A stretch of DNA of 64,000 nucleotides from Balanoglossus misakiensis (Eukaryota; Animalia; Hemichordata): NCBI GenBank assembly GCA_040954595.2, contig CM082591.2, positions 9,875,309 through 9,939,308 of the forward strand, written 5' to 3'. Of the stretch, positions 37,901 through 53,100 are shown piece by piece. A program made the translations under genes and the position numbers. Position 1 is the stretch's first letter; the number at the start of each line of letters is the position of its first letter. The notes under the pieces are model-generated. The model was not told the origin of the DNA and did no database searches. It saw nothing but the letters and a program-made list of their open reading frames with translations.

Positions 37901-40900
37901 TATTGAGTACTTTCGTATCGATGGATTGATCTCTCGTCCAATCAGAATGGCGGATGGTAGCATGATCCGACATATTGCGTATTACAATAGGGCTTCCTCA
38001 TACAGGTCAGAACGGAGAGGTCATTCCTTTTATTTTAGGACGTCTCAGCTCCTTTGTCTTTTCTGTTATAGTGTTAAAGAAATCAAACGGTTTTGTTTTG
38101 GCCGGTAAACACCGATGGATTAAATCTTAAGTCCATCGTGCATCCAAACGCAGTCGAGTCGGTTTGGTCATTGTTTATGCGACAGTAAATGCCAAATGTG
38201 ACAGAAGCATCATATTAAATGAGATAGAATACACAAACAAACAAACATACGAATAAACAAACAGGCAAACAAACAACCATTAGGGACTGTTCAGAATTTA
38301 CTTCCAAGTTGGGGATGGAGGAATTTTTATTTTCCTGGTGATTTTTTTCCATGGTCTCCCCTAGTAAATTGTGGAGGAAATATGTGGTCCCTCCTTAAAT
38401 TTCCTGGGGATTTTCCATGGTCCCCCTATTGTGACTTTTATGTCTGGTCTCCCCTAATTTGTCTTGGAGAAAATGGGGGGTCCCCCCCCCCCCTCTGAAA
38501 ATTCTCCGCCCCCTGGAAGTAAATTCTGAACAGTCCCTTATTAAAGCCAACAGCTAGCACCCTGGCTTCTCTGCCAGAGGAGAGATAACATCGACAAAAT
38601 GCAGATACACAAGAAATGAGCACTTTATTCCACAAGTGAAGTAGTCTGTTCCCTGCCCCATTCCCACCGCTGGCTGCGCCCTTTAGCGTAGCGCCGATGG
38701 CAGTGGGAATGGGGCAGGGGACCAGACTACAAGTGAAGAACCCCAGTAACAGACGTAACGAACAAACAAACTACATGTACTAACAACAAAGCAAGAAAAG
38801 TGTCAAGCGTCGTCAAAGAAAACGAAAAAGTTTTAGCATGGTTGGTAAAAGTTATTGGTAGAAAACGAATAGGGCCTTCTACAAATGACGTCTCAGACCC
38901 GCAAACGCCACCAGAACACAAAACACATGCACAGAACAGTTTAAGCCGGTTGTTGTATGGAGCAGCAATAATCTGCGGTTGGGCCGTCGTAGATTTTCGC
39001 TGGTGGTGAAAATAAATAAAACACGATCGATGTTCGATTTATTCCAGATCACATGCGTTTACGGCCAGGAGAGAGCATAAAAGTCTTCAAATGACCATGT
39101 GGTGGCGCACTTTTTCCGATTGGCTGTATTTCAATTTGTTCGTGGTAAATTAATTTTGTGGAGGTGATCGGCACTGAAGCTCTTAGCTAGGATGAGGTGG
39201 GATGGAAAAATGCCCCATTTAAGCTGTTTTAAAATATACGACTATTTATAGACAAAAGGAAAATAAAACAAGCGCAAAAACATACCAAACCTAGTTTTAT
39301 TAATTAAAAACAAAATTGCTGAGTAAAGGTTTTCATGTGGGCATTCACTTTGAACTTGCTAAATTAATTTAAAGAGACAAAGTCGCTCTCTCTTTGTCCT
39401 TTTGCGATGATAGAATGCTTGCTTGAAGTCTCTCGTGCAATAAATGATGTCGATTCATACATGTATGGATGGTGTATAGGTGGTCGGAATTTACATGTCT
39501 TTGCCACGACCAAACCAACAACACGTAAAATCAAAGTTTGGGTCATGAAATCGAGTTTTGTTACAGTCTAGAATTTCATGCCACCCCTTATGGTCATATT
39601 ATTCTTGGTAGGCAAAAGTGACAAGTAGTCAAGTTTCAACACAGGCAACATTTTTTACAAACAAACCACAAAGAAGACATCAAAAGGGAGAGAATTATAG
39701 AATGGTCAATGTGTGAAAAGTTAAGATACGTAAAGTGGCCGGGTTCAACATTAACTCATCGACTTCATATCGTCTTCATGCCATGGTTTTTGCCTGCCTT
39801 GAAAGTTCTTGTCGTTGCAGAAGTGGTTTTGACAGAAAGAATTTAGTCTTCCGGGATGTTTGTGATTATTTGAACACCAGACAATACAATGCAACCTTGA
39901 CTTCCAAAATACTTACCGGCATTGCATTATCTTACCATGGTTAGGCCTACAGTGAACAAATGTTCAACAATATTTTCTGAGTTACCGCTGATATTTGTTT
40001 TGTAGTATGGATATTAAATTATACATCCCGATACAAAACAGAATGTTATAGAATCCTTCCTGAGTGATATTGAAAAAATTACCGGAATGCTACCGCCTAA
40101 TCTATGGTTAGGGTTATTGCTATTATTTTATATCAGTAATCGACTTTGTGTATATCAATGTCATTTTCATAACGAAAATGAACTCGAGTCTAATGTAAAC
40201 GTTACGAATTGATCGAAAGGCGCTCTGATGAATGTTAACACGAGTGCGCAGTGACAAGACATGCATCGTGCGTGACAGTGACAACAGTTCCTATAGAGCA
40301 GTTAAAAAATAAACCGGCCGTCCGTAAATTTATCAGCTATATATTTTTTTATTTAGTCACGTTTTCCCTGTTGCATGCTATTAGTTCAGGGGCCAGTTTT
40401 AGCAGTGCTCTATTGAGTACTTTTGTATCGATGGATTGATCTCTCGTCCAATCAGAATGGCGGATGGTAGCATGATCCGACATATTGCGTATTACAATAG
40501 GGCTTCCTCATACAGGTCAGAACGGAGAGGTCATTCCTTTTATTTTAGGACGTCTCAGCTCCTTTGTCTTTTCTGTTATAGTGTTAAAGAAATCAAACGG
40601 TTTTGTTTTGGCCGGTAAACACCGATGGATTAACTCTTAAGTCCATCGTGCATCCAAACGCAGTCGAGTCGGTTTGGTCATTGTTTATGCGACAGTAAAT
40701 GCCAAATGTGACAGAAGCATCATATTAAATGAGATAGAATACACAAACAAACAAACATACGAATAAACAAACAGGCAAACAAACAAACAAACAACCATTA
40801 GGGACTGTTCAGAATTTACTTCCAAGTTGGGGATGGAGGATTTTTTATTTTCCTGATGATTTTTTTCCATGGTCTCCCCTAGTAAATTGTGGAGGAAATA

Positions 40901-43900
40901 TGTGGTCCCTCTTTAAATTTCCTGGGGATTTTCCATGGTCCCCCTATTGTGACTTTTATGTCTAGTCTCCCCTAATTTGTCTTGGAGAAAATGGGTGGTC
41001 CCCCCCTCTGAAAATTCTCCGCCCCCTGGAAGTATATTCTGAACAGTCCCTTATTAAAGCCAACAGCTAGCACCCTGGCTTCTCTGCCAGAGGAGCGATA
41101 ACATCGACAAAATGCAGATACACAAGAAATGAGCACTTTATTCCACAAGTGAAGTAGTCTGTTCCCTGCCCCATTCCCACCGCTGGCTGCGCCCTTTAGC
41201 GTAGCGCCGATGGCAGTGGGAATGGGGCAGGGGACCAGACTACAAGTGAAGAACCCCAGTAACAGACGTAACGAACAAACAAACTACATGTACTAACAAC
41301 AAAGCAAGAAAAGTGTCAAGCGTCGTCAAAGAAAACGAAAAAGTTCTAGCATGGTTGGTAAAAGTTATTGGTAGAAAACGAATAGGGCCTTCTACAAATG
41401 ACGTCTCAGACCCGCAAACGCCACCAGAACACAAAACACATGCACAGAACAGTTTAAGCCGGTTGTTGTATGGAGCAGCAATAATCTGCGGTTGGGCCGT
41501 CGTAGATTTTCGCTGGTGGTGAAAATAAATAAAACACGATCGATGTTCGATTTATTCCAGATCACATGCGTTTACGGCCAGGAGAGAGCATAAAAGTCTT
41601 CAAATGACCATGTGGTGGCGCACTTTTTCCGATTGGCTGTATTTCAATTTGTTCGTGGTAAATTAATTTTGTGGAGGTGACCGGCACTGAAGCTCTTAGC
41701 TAGGATGAGGTGGGATGGAAAAATGCCCCATTTTAGCTGTTTTAAAATATACGACTATTTATAGACAAAAGGAAAATAAAACAAGCGCAAAAACATACCA
41801 AACCTAGTTTTATTAATTAAAAACAAAATTGCTGAGTAAAGGTTTTCATGTGGGCATTCACTTTGAACTTGCTAAATTAATTTAAAGAGACAAAGTCGCT
41901 CTCTCTTTGTCCTTTTGCGATGATAGAATGCTTGCTTGAAGTCTCTCGTGCAATAAATGATGTCGATTCATACATGTATGGATGGTGTATAGGTGGTCGG
42001 AATTTACATGTCTTTGCCACGACCAAACCAACAACACGTAAAATCAAAGTTTGGGTCATGAAATCGAGTTTTGTTACAGTCTAGAATTTCATGCCACCCC
42101 TTATGGTCATATTATTCTTGGTAGGCAAAAGTGACAAGTAGTCAAGTTTCAACACAGGCAACATTTTTTACAAACAAACCACAAAGAAGACATCAAAAGG
42201 GAGAGAATTATAGAATGGTCAATGTGTGAAAAGTTAAGATACGTAAAGTGGCCGGGTTCAACATTAACTCATCGACTTCATATCGTCTTCATGCCATGGT
42301 TTTTGCCTGCCCTGAAAGTTCTTGTCGTTGCAGAAGTGGTTTTGACAGAAAGAATTTAGTCTTCCGGGATGTTTGTGATTATTTGAACACCAGACAATAC
42401 AATGCAACCTTGACTTCCAAAATACTTACCGGCATTGCATTATCTTACCATGGTTAGGCCTACAGTGAACAAATTTTCTACAATATTTTCTGAGTTACCG
42501 CTGATATTTGTTTTGTAGTATGGATATTAAATTATACATCCCGATACAAAACAGAATGTTATAGAATCCTTCCTGAGTGATATTGAAAAAATTACCGGAA
42601 TGCTACCGCCTAATCTATGGTTAGGGTTATTGCTATTATTTTATATCAGTAATCGACTTTGTGTATATCAATGTCATTTTCATAACGAAAATGAACTCGA
42701 GTCTAATGTAAACGTTACGAATTGATCGAAAGGCGCTCTGATGAATGTTAACACGAGTGCGCAGTGACAAGACATGCATCGTGCGTGACAGTGACAACAG
42801 TTCCTATAGAGCAGTTAAAAAATAAACCGGCCGTCCGTAAATTTATCAGCTATATTTTTTTTTATTTAGTCACGTTTTCCCTGTTGCATGCTATTAGTTC
42901 AGGGGCCAGTTTTAGCAGTGCTCTATTGAGTACTTTTGTATCGATGGATTGATCTCTCGTCCAATCAGAATGGCGGATGGTAGCATGATCCGACATATTG
43001 CGTATTACAATAGGGCTTCCTCATACAGGTCAGAACGGAGAGGTCATTCCTTTTATTTTAGGACGTCTCAGCTCCTTTGTCTTTTCTGTTATAGTGTTAA
43101 AGAAATCAAACGGTTTTGTTTTGGCCGGTAAACACCGATGGATTAACTCTTAAGTCCATCGTGCATCCAAACGCAGTCGAGTCGGTTTGGTCATTGTTTA
43201 TGTGACAGTAAATGCCAAATGTGACAGAAACATCATATTAAATGAGATAGAATACACAAACAAACAAACATACGAATAAACAAACAGGCAAACAAACAAA
43301 CAAACAACCATTAGGGACTGTTCAGAATTTACTTCCAAGTTGGGGATGGAGGATTTTTTATTTTCCTGGTGATTTTTTTCCATGGTCTCCCCTAGTAAAT
43401 TGTGGAGGAAATATGTGGTCCCTCTTTAAATTTCCTGGGGATTTTCCATGGTCCCCCTATTGTGACTTTTATGTCTAGTCTCCCCTAATTTGTCTTGGAG
43501 AAAATGGGTGGTCCCCCCCTCTGAAAATTCTCCGCCCCCTGGAAGTATATTCTGAACAGTCCCTTATTAAAGCCAACAGCTAGCACCCTGGCTTCTCTGC
43601 CAGAGGAGCGATAACATCGACAAAATGCAGATACACAAGAAATGAGCACTTTATTCCACAAGTGAAGTAGTCTGTTCCCTGCCCCATTCCCACCGCTGGC
43701 TGCGCCCTTTAGCGTAGCGCCGATGGCAGTGGGAATGGGGCAGGGGACCAGACTACAAGTGAAGAACCCCAGTAACAGACGTAACGAACAAACAAACTAC
43801 ATGTACTAACAACAAAGCAAGAAAAGTGTCAAGCGTCGTCAAAGAAAACGAAAAAGTTCTAGCATGGTTGGTAAAAGTTATTGGTAGAAAACGAATAGGG

Positions 43901-46900
43901 CCTTCTACAAATGACGTCTCAGACCCGCAAACGCCACCAGAACACAAAACACATGCACAGAACAGTTTAAGCCGGTTGTTGTATGGAGCAGCAATAATCT
44001 GCGGTTGGGCCGTCGTAGATTTTCGCTGGTGGTGAAAATAAATAAAACACGATCGATGTTCGATTTATTCCAGATCACATGCGTTTACGGCCAGGAGAGA
44101 GCATAAAAGTCTTCAAATGACCATGTGGTGGCGCACTTTTTCCGATTGGCTGTATTTCAATTTGTTCGTGGTAAATTAATTTTGTGGAGGTGACCGGCAC
44201 TGAAGCTCTTAGCTAGGATGAGGTGGGATGGAAAAATGCCCCATTTTAGCTGTTTTAAAATATACGACTATTTATAGACAAAAGGAAAATAAAACAAGCG
44301 CAAAAACATACCAAACCTAGTTTTATTAATTAAAAACAAAATTGCTGAGTAAAGGTTTTCATGTGGGCATTCACTTTGAACTTGCTAAATTAATTTAAAG
44401 AGACAAAGTCGCTCTCTCTTTGTCCTTTTGCGATGATAGAATGCTTGCTTGAAGTCTCTCGTGCAATAAATGATGTCGATTCATACATGTATGGATGGTG
44501 TATAGGTGGTCGGAATTTACATGTCTTTGCCACGACCAATCCAACAACACGTAAAATCAAAATTTGGGTCATGAAATCGAGTTTTGTTACAGTCTAGAAT
44601 TTCATGCCACCCCTTATGGTCATATTATTCTTGGTAGGCAAAAGTGACAAGTAGTCAAGTTTCAACACAGGCAACATTTTTTACAAACAAACCACAAAGA
44701 AGACATCAAAAGGGAGAGAATTATAGAATGGTCAATGTGTGAAAAGTTAAGATACGTAAAGTGGCCGGGTTCAACATTAACTCATCGACTTCATATCGTC
44801 TTCATGCCATGGTTTTTGCCTGCCCTGAAAGTTCTTGTCGTTGCAGAAGTGGTTTTGACAGAAAGAATTTAGTCTTCCGGTATGTTTGTGATTATTTGAA
44901 CACCAGACAATACAATGCAACCTTGACTTCCAAAATACTTACCGGCATTGCATTATCTTACCATGGTTAGGCCTACAGTGAACAAATTTTCAACAATATT
45001 TTCTGAGTTACCGCTGATATTTGTTTTGTGGTATGGATATTAAATTATACATCCCGATACAAAGCAGAATGTTATAGACTCCTTCCTGAGTGATATTGAA
45101 AAAATTACCGGAATGCTACCGCCTAATCTATGGTTAGGGTTATTGCTATTATTTTATATCAGTAATCGACTTTGTGTATATCAATGTCATTTTCATAACG
45201 AAAATGAACTCGAGTCTAATGTAAACGTTACGAATTGATCGAAAGGCGTTCTGATGAATGTTAACACGAGTGCGCAGTGACAAGACATGCATCGTGCATG
45301 ACAGTGACAACAGTTCCTATAGAGCAGTTAAAAAATAAACCGGCCGTCCGTAAATTTATCAGCTATATTTTTTTTTATTTAGTCACGTTTTCCCTGTTGC
45401 ATGCTATTAGTTCAGGGGCCAGTTTTAGCAGTGCTCTGTTGAGTACTTTCGTATCGATGGATTGATCTCTCGTCCAATCAGAATGGCGGATGGTAGCATG
45501 ATCCGACATATTGCGTATTACAATAGGGCTTCCTCATACAGGTCAGAACGGAGAGGTCATTCCTTTTATTTTAGGACGTCTCAGCTCCTTTGTCTTTTCT
45601 GTTATAGTGTTAAAGAAATCAAACGGTTTTGTTTTGGCCGGTAAACACCGATGGATTAACTCTTAAGTCCATCGTGCATCCAAACGCAGTCGAGTCGGTT
45701 TGGTCATTGTTTATGCGACAGTAAATGCCAAATGTGACAGAAGCATCATATTAAATGAGATAGAATACACAAACAAACAAACATACGAATAAACAAACAG
45801 GCAAACAAACAAACAAACAACCATTAGGGACTGTTCAGAATTTACTTCCAAGTTGGGGATGGAGGATTTTTTATTTTCCTGGTGATTTTTTTCTATGGTC
45901 TCCCCTAGTAAATTGTGGAGGAAATATGTGGACCCTCCTTAAATTTCCTGGGGATTTTCCATGGTCCCCCTATTGTGACTTTTATGTCTAGTCTCCCCTA
46001 ATTTGTCTTGGAGAAAATGGGTGGTCCCCCCCCCTCTGAAAATTCTCCGCCCCCTGGAAGTAAATTCTGAACAGTCCCTTATTAAAGCCAACAGCTAGCA
46101 CCCTGGCTTCTCTGCCAGAGGAGCGATAACATCGACAAAATGCAGATACACAAGAAATGAGCACTTTATTCCACAAGTGAAGTAGTCTGTTCCCTGTCCC
46201 ATTCCCACCGCTGGCTGCGCCCTTTAGCGTAGCGCCGATGGCAGTGGGAATGGGGCAGGGGACCAGACTACAAGTGAAGAACCCCAGTAACAGACGTAAC
46301 GAACAAACAAACTACATGTACTAACAACAAAGCAAGAAAAGTGTCAAGCGTCGTCAAAGAAAACGAAAAAGTTCTAGCATGGTTGGTAAAAGTTATTGGT
46401 AGAAAACGAATAGGGCCTTCTACAAATGACGTCTCAGACCCACAAACGCCACCAGAACACAAAACACATGCACAGAACAGTTTAAGCCGGTTGTTGTATG
46501 GAGCAGCAATAATCTGCGGTTGGGCCGTCGTAGATTTTCGCTGGTGGTGAAAATAAATAAAACACGATCGATGTTCGATTTATTCCAGATCACATGCGTT
46601 TACGGCCAGGAGAGAGCATAAAAGTCTTCAAATGACCATGTGGTGGCGCACTTTTTCCGATTGGCTGTATTTCAATTTGTTCGTGGTAAATTAATTTTGT
46701 GTAGGTGACCGGCACTGAAGCTCTTAGCTAGGATGAGGTGGGATGGAAAAATGCCCCATTTTAGCTGTTTTAAAATATACGACTATTTATAGACAAAAGG
46801 AAAATAAAACAAGCGCAAAAACATACCAAACCTAGTTTTATTAATTAAAAACAAAATTGCTGAGTAAAGGTTTTCATGTGGGCATTCACTTTGAACTTGC

Positions 46901-49900
46901 TAAATTAATTTAAAGAGACAAAGTCGCTCTCTCTTTGTCCTTTTGCGATGATAGAATGCTTGCTTGAAGTCTCTCGTGCAATAAATGATGTCGATTCATA
47001 CATGTATGGATGGTGTATAGGTGGTCGGAATTTACATGTCTTTGCCACGTAAAATCAAAGTTTGGGTCATGAAATCGAGTTTTGTTACAGTCTAGAATTT
47101 CATGCCACCACTTATGGTCATATTATTCTTGGTAGGCAAAAGTGACAAGTAGTCAAGTTTCAACACATGCAACATTTTTTACAAACAAACAACAAAGAAG
47201 ACATCAAAAGGGAGAGAATTATAGAATGGTCAATGTGTGAAAAGTTAAGATACGTAAAGTGGCCGGGTTCAACATTAGCTCATCGACTTCATATCGTCTT
47301 CATGCCATGGTTTTTGCCTGCCCTGAAAGTTCTTGTCGTTGCAGAAGTGGTTTTGACAGAAAGAATTTAGTCTTCCGGGATGTTTGTGATTATTTGAACA
47401 CCAGACAATACAATGCAACCTTGACTTCCAAAATACTTACCGGCATTGCATTATCTTACCATGGTTAGGCCTACAGTGAACAAATTTTCAACAATATTTT
47501 CTGAGTTACCGCTGATATTTGTTTTGTAGTATGGATATTAAATTATACATCCCGATACAAATCAGAATGTTATAGAATCCTTCCTGAGTGATATTGAAAA
47601 AATTACCGGAATGCTACCGCCTAATCTATGGTTAGGGTTATTGCTATTATTTTATATCAGTAATCGACTTTGTGTATATCAATGTCATTTTCATAACGAA
47701 AATGAACTCGAGTCTAATGTAAACGTTACGAATTGATCGAAAGGCGCTCTGATGAATGTTAACACGAGTGCGCAGTGACAAGACATGCATCGTGCGTGAC
47801 AATGACAACAGTTCCTATAGAGCAGTTAAAAAATAAACCGGCCGTCCGTAAATTTATCAGCTATATTTTTTTTTTATTTAGTCACGTTTTCCCTGTTGCA
47901 TGCTATTAGTTCAGGGGCCAGTTTTAGCAGTGCTCTATTGATTACTTTCGTATCGATGGATTGATCTCTCGTCCAATCAGAATGGCGGATGGTAGCATGA
48001 TCCGACATATTGCGTATTTCAATAGGGCTTCCTCATACAGGTCAGAACGGAGAGGTCATTCCTTTTATTTTAGGACGTCTCAGCTCCTTTGTCTTTTCTG
48101 TTATAGTGTTAAAGAAATCAAACGGTTTTGTTTTGGCCGGTAAACACCGATGAATTAACTCTTAAGTCCATCGTGCATCCAAACGCAGTCGAGTCGGTTT
48201 GGTCATTGTTTATGCGACAGTAAATGCCAAATGTGACAGAAGCATCATATTAAATGAGATAGAATACACAAACAAACAAACATACGAATAAACAAACAGG
48301 CAAACAAACAAACAAACAACCATTAGGGACTGTTCAGAATTTACTTCCAAGTTGGGGATGGAGGATTTTTTATTTTCCTGGTGATTTTTTTCCATGGTCT
48401 CCCCTAGTAAATTGTGGAGAAAATATGTGGTTCCTCCTTAAATTTCCTGGGGATTTTCCATGGTCCCCCTATTGTGACTTTTATGTCTAGTCTCCCCTAA
48501 TTTGTCTTGGAGAAAATGGGTGGTCCCCCCCCCCCCCTCTGAAAATTCTCCGCCCCCGGGAAGTAAATTCTGAACAGTCCCTTATTAAAGCCAACAGCTA
48601 GCACCCTGGCTTCTCTGCCAGAGGAGCGATAACATCGACAAAATGCAGATACACAAGAAATGAGCACTTTATTCCACAAGCGAAGTAGTCTGTTCCCTGC
48701 CCCATTCCCACCGTTGGCTGCGCCCTTTAGCGTAGCGCCGATGGCAGTGGGAATGGGGCAGGGGACCAGACTACAAGTGAAGAACCCCAGTAACAGACGT
48801 AACGAACAAACAAACTACATGTACTAACAACAAAGCAAGAAAAGTGTCAAGCGTCGTCAAAGAAAACGAAAAAGTTCTAGCATGGTTGGTAAAAGTTATT
48901 GGTAGAAAACGAATAGGGCCTTCTACAAATGACGTCTCAGACCCGCAAACGCCACCAGAACACAAAACACATGCACAGAACAGTTTAAGCCGGTTGTTGT
49001 ATGGAGCAGCAATAATCTGCGGTTGGGCCGTCGTAGATTTTCGCTGGTGGTGAAAATAAATAAAACACGATCGATGTTCGATTTATTCCAGATCACATGC
49101 GTTTACGGCCAGGAGAGAGCATAAAAGTCTTCAAATGACCATGTGGTGGCGCACTTTTTCCGATTGGCTGTATTTCAATTTGTTCGTGGTAAATTAATGT
49201 TGTGGAGGTGACCGGCACTGAAGCTCTTAGCTAGGATGAGGTGGGATGGAAAAATGCCCCATTTTAGCTGTTTTAAAATATACGACTATTTATAGACAAA
49301 AGGAAAATAAAACAAGCGCAAAAACATACCAAACCTAGTTTTATTAATTAAAAACAAAATTGCTGAGTAAAGGTTTTCATGTGGGCATTCACTTTGAACT
49401 TGCTAAATTAATTTAAAGAGACAAAGTCGCTCTCTCTTTGTCCTTTTGCGATGATAGAATGCTTGCTTGAAGTCTCTCGTGCAATAAATGATGTCGATTC
49501 ATACATGTATGGATGGTGTATAGGTGGTCGGAATTTACATGTCTTTGCCACGACCAAACCAACAACACGTAAAATCAAAGTTTCGGTCATGAAATCGAGT
49601 TTTGTTACAGTCTAGAATTTCATGCCACCCCTTATGGTCATATTATTCTTGGTAGGCAAAAGTGACAAGTAGTCAAGTTTCAACACAGGCAACATTTTTT
49701 ACAAACAAACCACAAAGAAGACATCAAAAGGGAGAGAATTATAGAATGGTCAATGTGTGAAAAGTTAAGATACGTAAAGTGGCCGGGTTCAACATTAACT
49801 CATCGACTTCATATCGTCTTCATGCCATGGTTTTTGCCTGCCCTGAAAGTTCTTGTCGTTGCAGAAGTGGTTTTGACATAAAGAATTTAGTCTTCCGGGA

Positions 49901-50185
49901 TGTTTGTGATTATTTGAACACCAGACAATACAATGCAACCTTGACTTCCAAAATACTTACCGGCATTGCATTATCTTACCATGGTTAGGCCTACAGTGAA
50001 CAAATTTTCAACAATATTTTCTGAGTTACCGCTGATATTTGTTTTGTAGTATGGATATTAAATTATACATCCCGATACAAAACAGAATGTTATAGAATCC
50101 TTCCTGGGTGATATTGAAAAAATTACCGGAATGCTACCGCCTAATCTATGGTTAGGGTTATTGCTATTATTTTATATCAGTAATC
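31995..50185. repeat. Higher-order repeat copy B (late unit 13 to unit 20)
   Basis: Same ordered diagnostic variants as copy A: AAAC counts 5,3,2, the 17-bp deletion, GTATATTCTG, CCGGTATG, GACATAAAG. Confidence 0.92.
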
Positions 50186-53100
50186 GACTTTGTGTATATC
50201 AATGTCATTTTCATAACGAAAATGAACTCGAGTCTAATGTAAACGTTACGAATTGATCGAAAGGCGCTCTGATGAATGTTAACACGAGTGCGCAGTGACA
50301 AGACATGCATCGTGCGTGACAATGACAACAGTTCCTATAGAGCAGTTAAAAAATAAACCGGCCGTCCGTAAATTTATCAGCTATATTTTTTTTTTATTTA
50401 GTCACGTTTTCCCTGTTGCATGCTATTAGTTCAGGGGCCAGTTTTAGCAGTGCTCTATTGATTACTTTCGTATCGATGGATTGATCTCTCGTCCAATCAG
50501 AATGGCGGATGGTAGCATGATCCGACATATTGCGTATTTCAATAGGGCTTCCTCATACAGGTCAGAACGGAGAGGTCATTCCTTTTATTTTAGGACGTCT
50601 CAGCTCCTTTGTCTTTTCTGTTATAGTGTTAAAGAAATCAAACGGTTTTGTTTTGGCCGGTAAACACCGATGAATTAACTCTTAAGTCCATCGTGCATCC
50701 AAACGCAGTCGAGTCGGTTTGGTCATTGTTTATGCGACAGTAAATGCCAAATGTGACAGAAGCATCATATTAAATGAGATAGAATACACAAACAAACAAA
50801 CATACGAATAAACAAACAGGCAAACAAACAAACAAACAACCATTAGGGACTGTTCAGAATTTACTTCCAAGTTGGGGATGGAGGATTTTTTATTTTCCTG
50901 GTGATTTTTTTCCATGGTCTCCCCTAGTAAATTGTGGAGAAAATATGTGGTTCCTCCTTAAATTTCCTGGGGATTTTCCATGGTCCCCCTATTGTGACTT
51001 TTATGTCTAGTCTCCCCTAATTTGTCTTGGAGAAAATGGGTGGTCCCCCCCCCCCCTCTGAAAATTCTCCGCCCCCGGGAAGTAAATTCTGAACAGTCCC
51101 TTATTAAAGCCAACAGCTAGCACCCTGGCTTCTCTGCCAGAGGAGCGATAACATCGACAAAATGCAGATACACAAGAAATGAGCACTTTATTCCACAAGC
51201 GAAGTAGTCTGTTCCCTGCCCCATTCCCACCGTTGGCTGCGCCCTTTAGCGTAGCGCCGATGGCAGTGGGAATGGGGCAGGGGACCAGACTACAAGTGAA
51301 GAACCCCAGTAACAGACGTAACGAACAAACAAACTACATGTACTAACAACAAAGCAAGAAAAGTGTCAAGCGTCGTCAAAGAAAACGAAAAAGTTCTAGC
51401 ATGGTTGGTAAAAGTTATTGGTAGAAAACGAATAGGGCCTTCTACAAATGACGTCTCAGACCCGAAAACGCCACCAGAACACAAAACACATGCACAGAAC
51501 AGTTTAAGCCGGTTGTTGTATGGAGCAGCAATAATCTGCGGTTGGGCCGTCGTAGATTTTCGCTGGTGGTGAAAATAAATAAAACACGATCGATGTTCGA
51601 TTTATTCCAGATCACATGCGTTTACGGCCAGGAGAGAGCATAAAAGTCTTCAAATGACCATGTGGTGGCGCACTTTTTCCGATTGGCTGTATTTCAATTT
51701 GTTCGTGGTAAATTAATGTTGTGGAGGTGACCGGCACTGAAGCTCTTAGCTAGGATGAGGTGGGATGGAAAAATGCCCCATTTTAGCTGTTTTAAAATAT
51801 ACGACTATTTATAGACAAAAGGAAAATAAAACAAGCGCAAAAACATACCAAACCTAGTTTTATTAATTAAAAACAAAATTGCTGAGTAAAGGTTTTCATG
51901 TGGGCATTCACTTTGAACTTGCTAAATTAATTTAAAGAGACAAAGTCGCTCTCTCTTTGTCCTTTTGCGATGATAGAATGCTTGCTTGAAGTCTCTCGTG
52001 CAATAAATGATGTCGATTCATACATGTATGGATGGTGTATAGGTGGTCGGAATTTACATGTCTTTGCCACGACCAAACCAACAACACGTAAAATCAAAGT
52101 TTCGGTCATGAAATCGAGTTTTGTTACAGTCTAGAATTTCATGCCACCCCTTATGGTCATATTATTCTTGGTAGGCAAAAGTGACAAGTAGTCAAGTTTC
52201 AACACAGGCAACATTTTTTACAAACAAACCACAAAGAAGACATCAAAAGGGAGAGAATTATAGAATGGTCAATGTGTGAAAAGTTAAGATACGTAAAGTG
52301 GCCGGGTTCAACATTAACTCATCGACTTCATATCGTCTTCATGCCATGGTTTTTGCCTGCCCTGAAAGTTCTTGTCGTTGCAGAAGTGGTTTTGACATAA
52401 AGAATTTAGTCTTCCGGGATGTTTGTGATTATTTGAACACCAGACAATACAATGCAACCTTGACTTCCAAAATACTTACCGGCATTGCATTATCTTACCA
52501 TGGTTAGGCCTACAGTGAACAAATTTTCAACAATATTTTCTGAGTTACCGCTGATATTTGTTTTGTAGTATGGATATTAAATTATACATCCCGATACAAA
52601 ACAGAATGTTATAGAATCCTTCCTGGGTGATATTGAAAAAATTACCGGAATGCTACCGCCTAATCTATGGTTAGGGTTATTGCTATTATTTTATATCAGT
52701 AATCGACTTTGTGTATATCAATGTCATTTTCATAACGAAAATGAACTCGAGTCTAATGTAAACGTTACGAATTGATCGAAAGGCGCTCTGATGAATGTTA
52801 ACACGAGTGCGCAGTGACAAGACATGCATCGTGCATGACAGTGACAACAGTTCCTATAGAGCAGTTAAAAAAATAAACCGGCCGTCCGGAAATTTATCAG
52901 CTATATTTTTTTTTATTTAGTCACGTTTTCCCTGTTGCATGCTATTAGTTCAGGGGCCAGTTTTAGCAGTGCTCTATTGAGTACTTTCGTATCGATGGAT
53001 TGATCTCTCGTCCAATCAGAATGGCGGATGGTAGCATGATCCGACATATTGCGTATTACAATAGGGCTTCCTCATACAGGTCAGAACGGAGAGGTCATTC

